From: an uncultured Actinomycetes bacterium
Lineage (GTDB): Bacteria; Actinomycetota; Thermoleophilia; Gaiellales; JAICJC01
Reading direction: 5' to 3'
Length of the DNA stretch: 64,000 bases
NCBI GenBank assembly: GCA_963717845.1
Contig: CAVQXH010000001.1
Location: 1,825,865-1,889,864, forward strand
Under the pieces are notes generated by a model. It was not told the origin of the DNA. It worked only from the letters and a program-made list of their open reading frames with translations, and did no database searches. Shown here one piece after another: positions 31,172 to 41,203 of the stretch. The position numbers and the translations under genes were made by a program. Within the stretch, counting starts at the first letter, position 1. Each line of letters opens with the position of its first letter.

Positions 31172-32057
31172 GTGCGGTCGCCCCGCCTGCTGATCCTCGT
31201 CCTGGCGCTGACCACCGCATGTGGCCAGGCCGGGGCCACGAACCCGGCCACGCCGCCCGCCTCGACCCGATCCGGCGGCCCGCATGCGCGGGTCGCGCTC
31301 GCCGGCTTCGCCGCCCGCACGGCCCGCGCCGGAAGCGCGCGCGTGGCGATGCACATGACGATGAGCGGCGTGCCCAGCGCGGGCACGATCGAGGTCGATG
31401 CGACCGGCGTCGTCGCGTTCCGCAGCCGGGCCGGGTCGATGCAGCTGCGCATGACCTCGCCGGCCACCGGCTCCGTCCTGCGCATCCGCGAGATCACGCT
31501 CTGGCCGGTCGTGTACATGCGCTCGCCGCTGTTTGCGAGCGAGCCCCACAGCAAGGGGCCGTGGGTGAAGCTCGACCTCGCCCGGATCGAGCGCCGCCAC
31601 GGCGTCGACGTGAACGCGCTCGCCACCACGGGCGGCAACGATCCCGGCGAGATGCTCTCGACGCTTGCCGGCGAGTCGGACTCGATCGCGACCGTCGGCC
31701 ACGCGCTCGTGCGCGGCGTCACGCACCACCCACTACCGGGCGGTCATCGACCTCTCGAAGGTGGCGGCGTCGGCGCCGCCGGCCCTGCGGGCGGCCGCGC
31801 GCCGCTCGGAGGCGCACCTGGAGGCCATGCTCGGCAAGCATCTGATGCCGATGGACGTGTGGATCGGCGGGGACGGCCTCGTGCGCCGCGTCGCCTACCG
31901 CACGTCCGTGCCGATCGCCGGCGCGACGGGAACGCTGACGACGTCGGTGCGGCTCGAGCTGTTCGGGTTCGGCGTGCCCGTGCACGTGACCGCGCCGCCG
32001 GCATCCCGCACGACCGATCTCACCGCTGCTGTCGCGGCGGGCGCCGGCTCGGGATAG
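31172..32057 (+). pseudogene. lipoprotein of unknown function, one +1 frame break at ~31725
   Basis: GTG at 31172. Lipobox: LLILVLALTTACGQ. ORF 30164..32071 joins ORF 31665..32057 at ..VRGVTH/THYRAVIDLSKVAASAPPAL. The same GCTACGTTGAG-N3-start layout is seen at marR. Confidence 0.65.
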
Positions 32058-32067
32058 TCTCACCCGC

Positions 32068-33003
32068 GTGAGCGGGATCGCGCACTGGGACGCAGTCGCC
32101 GGAGCGCGGCGGGCGGCGGGGCACCTCGACGCGGAGTGGCTCGACCTGGGCAGCGCGGCCGGCAGCGTCACGGTCGGGCTGCAGCTGATCCGGATCGCCC
32201 CGGGGGCGTGGTCGACGCCCGCACACATCGAGCACGCCGAGGAGGAGATCTTCTGGGTGCTGCGCGGGACGGGGCTCTCGTGGCAGGACCGTGGCGACGG
32301 CCCGTCCACGTACGCGGTCGGCGCCGGCGACTGTCTGGTGCACCTGGTGCGTGAAGAGGCGCACACGCTCCAGGCCGGCCCGGACGGACTCGACGTGCTT
32401 GCGTTCGGCGAGCGCGGCCTGGGCGGCGGTGCGCACCTGCCCCGCGCGGGCGTCTCGTGGCACGGGCCGAGCTGGGTGCGCTCCGGCGGCGAGCCGACGC
32501 CGTGGCAGGCCGAGGCGGCGGCGGGGCCGCCGCAGCTCGTCCCGCCCTCGCCGCGCCCGGGCTCGATCGTGCACGTCGACGCCGTGCCCGGCAAGCGCCG
32601 CGACGGGGCCACCGTCAGCCGCGATCGCCGCGACCTGGGCCGTGCGGCCGGGTCGGAGCGAACGGGCCTCACCCACGTCGTCGCCGCCGCCGGCAAGCTG
32701 GGCGCTCCGCCGCACTGCCACTCGGCCGACGAGGAGCTCTTCGTCGTCCTCGACGGCGAGGGGACGCTGCTCCTGGGCGACGACGAGCACCCGGTGCGCC
32801 CGGGCACGATCGTCTCGCGCCCGGCCGGAACGGCGGTCGCCCACACGCTGCGGGCCGGCGCGGGCGGGCTCGTCTTCCTGGCGTACGGCACCCGCGTGCC
32901 GGACGACATCTGCTACTACCCCCGCTCCGGCAAGCTGTTCTTCCACGGGCTCGGTGCGGTCGGCCGGCTCGAGCCGGCGGACTTCTGGGAGGGCGAGGAC
33001 TGA
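32068..33003 (+). CDS. bicupin-domain protein
   Basis: 311-aa ORF with two cupin-like units (PAHIEHAEEEIFWVLRGTG..GDCLVH and PPHCHSADEELFVVLDGEGTLLLGD..RPGTIVSRPAG). Confidence 0.75.
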   Translation: MSGIAHWDAVAGARRAAGHLDAEWLDLGSAAGSVTVGLQLIRIAPGAWSTPAHIEHAEEEIFWVLRGTGLSWQDRGDGPSTYAVGAGDCLVHLVREEAHTLQAGPDGLDVLAFGERGLGGGAHLPRAGVSWHGPSWVRSGGEPTPWQAEAAAGPPQLVPPSPRPGSIVHVDAVPGKRRDGATVSRDRRDLGRAAGSERTGLTHVVAAAGKLGAPPHCHSADEELFVVLDGEGTLLLGDDEHPVRPGTIVSRPAGTAVAHTLRAGAGGLVFLAYGTRVPDDICYYPRSGKLFFHGLGAVGRLEPADFWEGED

Positions 33004-33050
33004 CCCCCATCACCGCGATCTCCCGACCGGCGGCGGGCGAGCCCGAGGGG

Positions 33051-33645
33051 ATGCTCGTGCTGATCCACGGCCGCGGGGCCGACGAGCACGACCTCTACCC
33101 GCTCGCCGACGCGCTGGATCCGGGCGGGCGGCTGGTGGCGGAGCTGCCGCGCGGGCCGCTGCGCCTGCCCCCGGGCGGCGCCCACTGGTACGTCGTCTAC
33201 GAGATCGGCCGTCCCGATCCCGACACGTTCCTGCCCACGTTCGCAGCGCTCGGCGAGTGGCTGGATGCGACCGCCGCGGCCCACGGGCTCGCCCCCGACC
33301 GCGTGGTGATCGCCGGGTTCTCGCAGGGGGCCGTGATGTCCTACGCGCTCGGCCTCGGCGCCGGGCCGGCCCCGTCCTGCGGGGATCATCGCGCTCTCCG
33401 GATTCATCCCCGCGGTGCCGGGCTTCGAGCTCGATCTGGCCGGCCGGGCCGGCCTGCCGGTGGCCATCGGGCACGGCGCGCTCGACCCGGTGATCGGCGT
33501 CGAGTTCGGGCGCAGCGCCCGGGCGCTCCTGGAGGAAGGCGGGCTCGCCGTCCGCTACCAGGAGTCGCCGATGCCGCACAGCATCGACCCGGCGTTCCTG
33601 CACGAGCTGCGCGGCTGGGTCGCCGGGGTCATCCCGGGGCGCTGA
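33051..33645 (+). pseudogene. phospholipase/carboxylesterase-family alpha/beta hydrolase, +1 frame break at ~33365
   Basis: LVLIHGRGADEHDL..VVIAGFSQGAVMSYALGLGAG joins RPRPAGIIALSGFIPAVPGFELD..AIGHGALDPVI..MPHSIDP (ORF 33415..33645). The start is uncertain: ATG 33051, or CTG 33000. Confidence 0.7.
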
Positions 33646-33683
33646 TATCATTGTCGACGCAACTACCACCGCAGGGGGTGCGG

Positions 33684-34154
33684 ATGGGGGAGGATTCGGC
33701 GGCAGGTGTGGCGCTTCTGACGAAGGACGAGCTGGCCTCGTGGCGCGGGTTCTTACGCGTGCACGCGGCCCTCGCGCGTGACCTCGATGCCGAGCTGATC
33801 GCGGGCCACGGCCTGCCGCTCTCGTCGTACGAGGTGCTTCTGACGGTCGCAGACGCGCCCGAGGAGCGCATGCGGATGTCCGAGATCGCCGACTCGGTGC
33901 TGCTCTCTCGAAGCGGGGTCACGCGGCTCGTCGACCGGCTCGAGCGCGACGGCCTGGTCGAGCGGATTCCGTGCGAAGACGACGCCCGCGGCCAGTACGC
34001 CGTCCTGACCGCCCGCGGCCGCGAGGTGTTCGACGCCGCCCGCGCGACGCACCTGGCCGGGGTGCGGCGGCGGTTCCTGGAGCAGTTGGACGCGGAGGAG
34101 CTGCGGCGGATGGCGGGCTTCTGGGAGCGACTCGTTCCGGGCGCGACCGGGTAG
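33684..34154 (+). CDS. MarR family transcriptional regulator
   Basis: ASWRGFLRVHAALARDLDAEL..LSSYEVLLTVADAPEERMRMSEIADSVLLSRSGVTRLVDRLERDGLVERIPCEDDARGQYAVLTARG. Confidence 0.88.
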   Translation: MGEDSAAGVALLTKDELASWRGFLRVHAALARDLDAELIAGHGLPLSSYEVLLTVADAPEERMRMSEIADSVLLSRSGVTRLVDRLERDGLVERIPCEDDARGQYAVLTARGREVFDAARATHLAGVRRRFLEQLDAEELRRMAGFWERLVPGATG

Positions 34155-34170
34155 GTTCCGGGGTGTCGTC

Positions 34171-36489
34171 GTGAGCCGCAGCCTCGACACCTACCGCCGC
34201 AAGCGTGACCCCGCAAAGACGCCGGAGCCCTTCTCCGGCGACGGCGGCGGGGGGAACGAGCCGATCTTCGTGGTCCAGCGCCACGACGCCCGCCGGCTGC
34301 ACTTCGACTTCCGCATCGAGCGCGGCGGCGCCCTGCAGAGCTGGGCCGTGCCCAAGGGCATCCCGCTGCGCAAGGGCCAGCGCCACCTGGCGGTGCACGT
34401 CGAGGACCATCCGCTCGACTATGCGACGTTCGAGGGCGAGATCCCGGCCGGTGAGTACGGCGCCGGGACGGTCGAGATCTGGGACCGCGGCCACTACGAG
34501 CTCGTCGAGGAGAAGCGCGACGGCGGCCTGACCGTGCGCCTGCGCGGCGAGCGCCTGAACGGCCTGTGGACGCTCGTGCCGACGCACATCGACGGCAACG
34601 AGCGCAACTGGCTCATGATCCGCAAGGACGAGGGTGAGGGCGGCGCGGGAGCCGAGGCCGCCGGCCTGCGGCCCATGCTGGCGGTGGCGGCGTCCGAGCT
34701 GCCCACCACCGGGAACGACTGGGTGTACGAGATCAAGTGGGACGGCTATCGCGTGCTCGCCGCGGTCGACGGCGGCGACGTGACGCTGCGCAGCCGCAAC
34801 GGCAACGATCTGACCGGGCGCTTCGGGCAGGTGGCCGGGGCGCTGCCGGCCGCGCTGCGTAGCTCCGACTGCGTGCTCGACGGCGAGGTGTGTGCGCTCG
34901 ACGAGGACGGCCGCCCCCGCTTCTCGCTGCTCCAGCACGGCGGCGGCGCGCTCGCCATGTACGTCTTCGACCTGCTGCGGCTCGACGGCCGCGACGTCAC
35001 CGGCCTGCCGCTCCACGAGCGCCGCGACCTGCTCCAGGAAACGCTCATCCCCGGCGACGTGATCCGGCTCTCGGTCGCGTTCGCAGACGGGCCGGCGCTG
35101 CTCGAGCAGTCGCGGCAGCTGGGGCTCGAGGGCGTGCTCGCCAAGCGCGGCTCGAGCCGCTACCTGCCCGGGAAGCGCACCGAGTCGTGGCTGAAGATCA
35201 AGTCGGTGCAGCGCCAGGAGCTGATCATCGCCGGCTACACCCGTGGCCAGGGCCGCCGCGGGGGCGCGTTCGGCGCGCTCGTGCTCGCCATCGAGCGCGG
35301 GGGCGAGCTGGTGTGGGCGGGCAACTGCGGCACCGGCTTCGACGACGCCGAGCTCGACTTCCTGGTGGAAAAGCTCGAGCCGTTGCGGCGCAAGACGTCC
35401 CCGCTCGCCGTCACGCCGAAGATGGCGAAGGTGCGCGCGGCCGACGTGACCTGGGTGCAGCCGGAGCTCGTCTGCGAGGTCGAGTTCCTCGAGTGGACGC
35501 GCGACGGCCGGCTGCGGGCACCCTCGTACAAGGGCCTGCGCGACGACAAGGAGGCGAAGGACGTGCATCGCGAGCATCCCCGGACGGAGACGTCCGCCAT
35601 CCCGGGCCGTGACCTGAAGCTCGGCAACCTCGACAAGGTGTTCTGGCCGGACGAGGGCATCACGAAGGGCGACCTGATCGACTACTACCGGGCCGTGGCC
35701 GACGTTGTCGTGCCGCTGTTGCGCGACCGCCCGTTCACGATGAAGCGGTACCCCGACGGCATCGCGGCCAAGCCGTTCTTCCAGAAGAACGCGCCGTCGC
35801 ACATGCCCGACTGGATCCCGACGGCGGAGTTCTCCGCCACGTCGCGCGAGGACCGCTCGAAGCGGATGATCAACTACCCGCTCGTGAACGAGGAGGCGGC
35901 GCTCCTGTGGATGGCGAACATGGGCTGCATCGACCTGAACGCCTGGCTGTCGCGGGCCGACAAGGCCGACCGGCCCGACTTCGCCCTCTTCGACCTCGAC
36001 CCGACGCCGGAGGCGGGGTTCGCCGCCGCCGCGGAGGTTGCGCTGCTCGTGCGCGACGCCCTGGCAGCCGTCGACCTGCGCGGGTATCCCAAGACGAGCG
36101 GGGCCGACGGCGTCCACGTGCTCGTTCCGCTCGCCCGCCGCTACGGCTACGACCAGACCCGCGGGCTCGTGCTCGCGATCACGCGGGCGCTCGCGTCGAT
36201 GCGGCCCGACCTCGTGACGACCGAGTGGTCGAAGGCGAAGCGCCACGGCGTCCTCATCGACGCGAACCAGAACGGCCCGGGCCGGACGATCGCCTTCGCC
36301 TATTCCGTGCGCCCGCACCCGGGCGCGCCGGTGTCGGCGCCGCTCACGTGGGACGAGCTCGCGGCGGGTGTGGAGCCCGGGGATTTCACCATGACCGCCA
36401 TGCTCGACCGGCTCTCCCGGCTGGGCGACCTGCACGCGCCCGTGCTCGAGGACCACCAGGCGCTCGGCCCCGCGCTGCGCTCGCTCTGA
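34171..36489 (+). CDS. ligD: ATP-dependent DNA ligase LigD (3'-phosphoesterase + ligase + polymerase/primase domains)
   Basis: PE domain: FVVQRHDARRLHFDFRIE..WAVPKG..HVEDHPLDY. Ligase domain: YEIKWDGYR (KxDG) and WLKIK. Pol domain: FWPDEGITKGDLIDYY..GCIDLN..FDLDP..KTSGADGVHV. Single intact 772-aa ORF. Confidence 0.93.
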   Translation: MSRSLDTYRRKRDPAKTPEPFSGDGGGGNEPIFVVQRHDARRLHFDFRIERGGALQSWAVPKGIPLRKGQRHLAVHVEDHPLDYATFEGEIPAGEYGAGTVEIWDRGHYELVEEKRDGGLTVRLRGERLNGLWTLVPTHIDGNERNWLMIRKDEGEGGAGAEAAGLRPMLAVAASELPTTGNDWVYEIKWDGYRVLAAVDGGDVTLRSRNGNDLTGRFGQVAGALPAALRSSDCVLDGEVCALDEDGRPRFSLLQHGGGALAMYVFDLLRLDGRDVTGLPLHERRDLLQETLIPGDVIRLSVAFADGPALLEQSRQLGLEGVLAKRGSSRYLPGKRTESWLKIKSVQRQELIIAGYTRGQGRRGGAFGALVLAIERGGELVWAGNCGTGFDDAELDFLVEKLEPLRRKTSPLAVTPKMAKVRAADVTWVQPELVCEVEFLEWTRDGRLRAPSYKGLRDDKEAKDVHREHPRTETSAIPGRDLKLGNLDKVFWPDEGITKGDLIDYYRAVADVVVPLLRDRPFTMKRYPDGIAAKPFFQKNAPSHMPDWIPTAEFSATSREDRSKRMINYPLVNEEAALLWMANMGCIDLNAWLSRADKADRPDFALFDLDPTPEAGFAAAAEVALLVRDALAAVDLRGYPKTSGADGVHVLVPLARRYGYDQTRGLVLAITRALASMRPDLVTTEWSKAKRHGVLIDANQNGPGRTIAFAYSVRPHPGAPVSAPLTWDELAAGVEPGDFTMTAMLDRLSRLGDLHAPVLEDHQALGPALRSL

Positions 36490-36586
36490 GCGGGCGGCGC
36501 GAGTTTCCCGCAATCTGCGAACATACGTTCGCGTTCGAGGTGAGATCCGGCGGTGGCCGCGCGCGTTCCTGTGCCAGACTGCAGGC

Positions 36587-39500
36587 ATGGTGGTGACCGA
36601 GGGAGAGCGCCGCGTCGTGGCCGTGCTGATGGCCGACGTCGCCGGGTCGACGACGATCGGGGAGCAGCTCGGTCCCGAGCGGTCGAAATTCCTGTTCGAC
36701 GAGGTCGTGCGGCTCATGGCCGAGCAGATCGAGCGCTACGAGGGCACGGTCGCCCAGCTGCTCGGAGACGGCCTCCTGGCCGTGTTCGGCGCACCGGTGG
36801 CGCACGAGGACGACAGCGAGCGGGCGGTGCGGGCCGGGCTTGCGATCCAGCGCGCCCTCGCTGCCTACTCCCGCGAGGTGAACGAGGCCTACGGCATCGA
36901 GCTGAAGGCGCGGGTGGCGGTGAACACCGGCCCGGTGCTGATCACGCCGGACGCCGCCGGCGCCGATCGCTGGAACGCGCTCGGCGACACGGTCAACGTC
37001 ACCGCCCGCCTGCAGGCGCTCGCCGGCGAGGCCGACGTGACGCTCGGCCCGGGCACCGCGGCGCAGGTGCGCGACTGCTTCGAGCTCGAGGAGCTGGGGC
37101 CGACCGAGCTGCGCGGGCGCAGCCGCCCGGTCGACCGCTTCCGGGTCGTCGAGCGAGCGCGATCGCCACTCGCGGCCGGCCGACGGGCCGCTGCTCGGGC
37201 GCGATGCGGAGCTTGCGAGCGTGCGCGGCGCGCTCGAGCGGACGGCCGAGGGCATCGGCGTCATCGTGTCCGTGACGGGGGAGCCGGGCATCGGCAAGTC
37301 GCGGCTCGTGGCCGACGCCGTGGAGCCGCTGCGCGATCGCGTGCGCCTGCTGGTCGGCCGCAGCCTGTCCTACACCCAGGGATTCTCGTACTGGCCGATC
37401 CGCGATCTCCTGCGCGACTGGCTCGGGGTGTCTGCGACCGCCAGCGAGGCGCGGGTGCGGTTCGACCTCAAGGCCGCACTGCACGAGCTGTACGGCGCCG
37501 GCGGCGACGAGCTCTATCCGTTTCTGGCCAACCTGCTCGGGCTGCTCGAGAGCGACCGGCGGGCTGCGGCCGACCTGCGCGAGCTCTCGCGCGACTCGCT
37601 GCACCGGCGCAGCCTCGAGGTCGTGGCCGGGCTGCTGCAGCGGCTCGCGGACGACCGGCCGCTGCTCGTCGTCTTCGAGGACCTGCACTGGGCCGACGAG
37701 CTCACCCTGCAGGCGGTCGAGAGCCTCTTCGAGCTGACCGAGACCGAGTCGCTCGGAATCGTCATGCTCTACCGCAGCGAGCGCGAGCTGCCGTCGTGGG
37801 GGATGGGCGAGCGCGCCCGGCAGCACTACCCTCACCGTTACGTAGAGGTTGAGCTTCGTGCGCTCAGCGGCGATGTCACACAGGCGCTCGCCCAGGCGCT
37901 CGCCGACGCGCCGCTGCCCGCGGCCGTCGCCGACCTGATCGCCCAGCGAGCGGGCGGAAACCCGCTGTTCGTGAGCGAGGCGCTGCGCGACCTGGTCGAG
38001 CGCGGCGCGCTGCGGCGGTCAAACGGCGGCTGGGAGCTGGCCGTGGAGCCCGGCCAGCTCGAGGTGCCCGCGCTCGTGCAGGGGGTGCTGCAGGCCCGCC
38101 TCGACCGGCTCGATCCCGTCGCCCGCGAGGTGGTCGCCGTGGCGGCGGTGATCGGCCGCCGCTTCGGCATGCCGCTGCTCGAGCGCGTCCTGGATCCCGA
38201 CACGCTGCCCGGGGCGCTCACGGAGCTGCAGCGGCTCGACCTGATCGTCGAGGAGCGCCGCCGTCCCTTCCCCGAATACCGGTTCCGGCACGGGCTCGTC
38301 CAGGAGGCGGCCTATGCAGGGCTGACGGAGAGCGACAGAAGGACGCTGCACGGCCGGGTCGGCCGGGCGCTCGAAGAGCTCGTGGGCGACGAGAAGAGCT
38401 CCGCCACGCTCGTGCTGCTGGCCCGGCACTTCAGCGCGGCCGACGACCCTGCGAAGGCGGCGGAATACCTGATCCGGGCCGGCGATGAGGCCCGGTCGAT
38501 CTACGCCGACCAGGAGGCCATCCGCCACTACCGGCAGGCGCGCGAGTTCCTCGGCCGGCTCGGCGACGATCGCCGCTCGCGCGAGACCCTGTTCAAGATC
38601 GCGCTCGTCCACCACCTGGCGTTCAACTTCGGCGAGGCCGAGCGGGCCTATGACGAGGCGTTCGCCTGCAAGGTGCAGCCGTTCGAGCAGCCCGAGCCCA
38701 CCGAGCGGATCGTGACCGCGCTGCTGCGCCCGAACGCCCTCGCCCCGGGCCTGGAGTACATCGCCGAGACGAGCGCGCTCACAGCCCACCTGTTTCGCGG
38801 CCTCCTGATCATCGACCGCGATCTGAACGTGATGCCGTCGCTCGCGGAGAACTTCCGGGTGTCCGGCGACGGGCTCACCTACCTGTTCCAGCTGCGCGAG
38901 AGCGCGTGCTGGAGCGACGGCCGGCCCGTGACGGCGCACGACTTCGTCTACACGTGGGAGCGGGCCCGGCAGCGCTCGACGGTGACGGCGTTTCTGCTCG
39001 AGGACGTCGAGCAGGCGACGGCGCTCGACGACCACACGCTCGAGGTGGTGCTGCGCGAGCCGCGCAACTACTTCCCCTACATCCTGGCGTCGACGTATGC
39101 CTACCCGTGGCCGCGCCACCTGTGCGAGTCGCTGGGCGACGAGTGGCACCGCCAGCAGCCGCTCGTCTCGAGCGGGCCGTTCCTGCTCTCCGACATGGGC
39201 GAGGACAGCATGACCCTCGTCGCGAACCCGCGCTGGAGCGGCCGGCGCGGCAACCTGCGCGAGATCGAGGTCAGCTTCCGTGTCCACGGCAACCTGGTGG
39301 ACGAGCTGTGGCGCTCGGGGCAGGTGGACGTGCTCGCAAGCCCCTACTCGTCGGACGAGTGGGACGACTCGTGCACCGAGTTCGCGGCGTCGCTGGGGAC
39401 GACGATGATCGGCTTTCGCACCGATCACGCCCCGTTCTCCGACCTGCGGCTGCGCCAGGCCGTGGCGGCCGTGCTCTCACCGGTCGGCGCGGCGTACGCC

Positions 39501-40142
39501 GACGTCGGGCTCGTCAGCCGGCCCGCGACCGGCGGCGGCCTGCTGCCCCCGGCGATGCCGGGGCATGACCACCACGTCGCCGAGCTCACCGGCGTCGCCG
39601 GGGCCCGGGCGCTGCTCGCCGCCGCCGGTCATCCCGGCGGGGAGGGGCTGGGGCCGCTGCAGATGGTGATCGCAAGCGGCCTCGAGCTGCTGGAGGAGCC
39701 GATCCGCGCGGCGCTTGCCGAGGTCGGCCTGGGCGTCGAGTTCGCGATCAGCCCGCGGGCCGATCGCATCGCCGACAAGCCGTCCGACCTGTGGATGACC
39801 ACGTGGCTGGCCGACTACCCCGACCCGGAGGGGTTCTTCCGCGGCCTGCTCACCGATCCCTACGATCCGCTCGTCGACGAGAGCATGACGCGGGAGGTGG
39901 TCGAGCTGCTCGACCAGGCGCGGGCGTCGAGGGACCAGGACGAGCGGCTGGCGCTGTACGGGCGCGTCGACCGGCTGCTCGTCGCGGAGTGGGTCGCGGT
40001 CGTCCCGCTGGCCTACTCGCGCACCGCGCTCTTGCGGCGGCCGTGGGTGCACGGCCTGTGGGCGAACGCGCTCACGTCGTTTCGCCTGGACGGCGTCATG
40101 GTCGAGCGGGAGCCCGCGCAGCCGCCGGACGCCGCAGGGTGA
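36587..40142 (+). pseudogene. multidomain signalling protein: class III adenylate/guanylate cyclase - AAA_16/STAND P-loop NTPase - TPR-like helices - family-5 solute-binding (SBP_bac_5) domain; one +1 frame break at ~37170
   Basis: Cyclase: VVAVLMADVAGST..LLGDGLLAVFGAP..ALGDTVNVTARL. P-loop: VTGEPGIGKSRL. Walker B: LLVVFEDLHWAD. SBP5-like from ~38697: LVRxD-type IIDRDLNVMPSLAENFRVSGDGLTYLFQLRESACWSDGRPVTAHDFVYTWER. ORF 36587..37852 and ORF 37221..40142 join in ..RFRVVERARSPLA / RPADGPLLGRDAELASVRGALE. No signal peptide or lipobox is present. Confidence 0.8.
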
Positions 40143-41104
40143 GCGCCGCAGACGGGCCGCGCGCCTCGGCGCGCGCGCCGGCGGTTGCCGCGCGCCCTCC
40201 CGCGTTCGAGCTTGCCGCCGCCTTCGCGTCGATCTACCTGGTGTGGGGGTCGACGTTCCTGGCGATCCGCTACGCGGTCGAGACGATCCCGCCGTTCGCG
40301 ATGATGGCCGTGCGCTGCCTGCTCGGCGGCGGCATCCTGCTCGCCATCGCGCTCGTCCGCGAGCGCGGCGTCGTCTGGCCCACCAGGCGGGAGTGGGGCG
40401 GAGCGCTGGTGCTCGGCGGGTTCCTGTTCGTCGGCTGTCACGGCGTGCTCGCCTACGCCGAGGAGCGCGTGCCGTCGGGCATCGCCGCCCTGTGCCTGGC
40501 GACGATCCCCCTGTTCGTGCCGCTGCTGGCGTGGTCGCTGCCGGGCGGCTCGCCGCCGTCGCGGCGGCGCGCGGCCGCGCTCGTGGCCGGATTCGCCGGC
40601 GTGGCGCTGCTGGTGGCGGCGCAGGGAACCGGCGGCGGCCTGCACCCCGCCGATGCGCTGCTCCTGCTCGGAAGCGCGCTCTCGTGGGCCGCGGGGACGG
40701 TGGCGACCCGGGTCGTGCCCGTGCCGCGGTCGCCGACGATGGGCGCGGCCATGCCGCTGCTCGCCGGCGGCTGCGTCCTGACCGTGATCGCGCTCGCGTC
40801 GGGCGAGCTCTCGAGCGGCCGGATCGACCACGTGTCGGGACGCTCCCTGGGCGGTCTGGCCTATCTGATCGTGTTCGGCACGGTGGTCACGTTCTCGGCC
40901 TACGTCTGGCTGCTGCGCCAGGTCGCGCCCGCCCGCGTGGCCACCTACGCATTCGTGAATCCCGTGGTGGCGGTCGTGCTGGGCTGGGCGCTCGCGGGCG
41001 AGTCCCTGACCGTCGGCGCTGTGGTCGCAAGCGCCGTGATCGTGCTGGCCGTCGCCGTCGCGGTGTCCGAGCGCGAGCCGGCACCGGTCGGCGCGCCGAG
41101 CTGA
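40139..41104 (+). CDS. EamA/DMT-family transporter (10 TMS)
   Basis: The GTG at 40139 overlaps the stop of the upstream gene (GTGA). IYLVWGSTFLAIRYAV and a second EamA repeat (LGSALSWAAGTV..FVNPVVAVVLGW) are present. Confidence 0.85.
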   Translation: MSAADGPRASARAPAVAARPPAFELAAAFASIYLVWGSTFLAIRYAVETIPPFAMMAVRCLLGGGILLAIALVRERGVVWPTRREWGGALVLGGFLFVGCHGVLAYAEERVPSGIAALCLATIPLFVPLLAWSLPGGSPPSRRRAAALVAGFAGVALLVAAQGTGGGLHPADALLLLGSALSWAAGTVATRVVPVPRSPTMGAAMPLLAGGCVLTVIALASGELSSGRIDHVSGRSLGGLAYLIVFGTVVTFSAYVWLLRQVAPARVATYAFVNPVVAVVLGWALAGESLTVGAVVASAVIVLAVAVAVSEREPAPVGAPS

Positions 41105-41131
41105 GATCGCGGCCGGCACTCGGACGAGAAT

Positions 41132-41163
41132 TTGACACCGACACACTCGCGATATATCATGAT
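41132..41163 (+). promoter_or_regulatory. near-consensus sigma-70-type promoter (TTGACA-17nt-TATCAT) with an overlapping ATCATGAT palindrome upstream of padR
   Basis: TTGACA at 41132-37, a 17-nt spacer, TATCAT at 41155-60. The palindrome ATCATGAT is at 41156-63, and the CGCGATA direct repeat flanks it. AGGAGG at 41193-98 precedes the ATG at 41204. Confidence 0.6.
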
Positions 41164-41203
41164 GCTACGCGATAGTCACAAACAAGGATTCTAGGAGGAT
41201 TCG

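Noticed and set aside
33919-36717. 932-aa ORF antisense to ligD
   Set aside because: This is the same artefact. The opposite strand encodes a full three-domain LigD with all its motifs, and the antisense translation is low-complexity.
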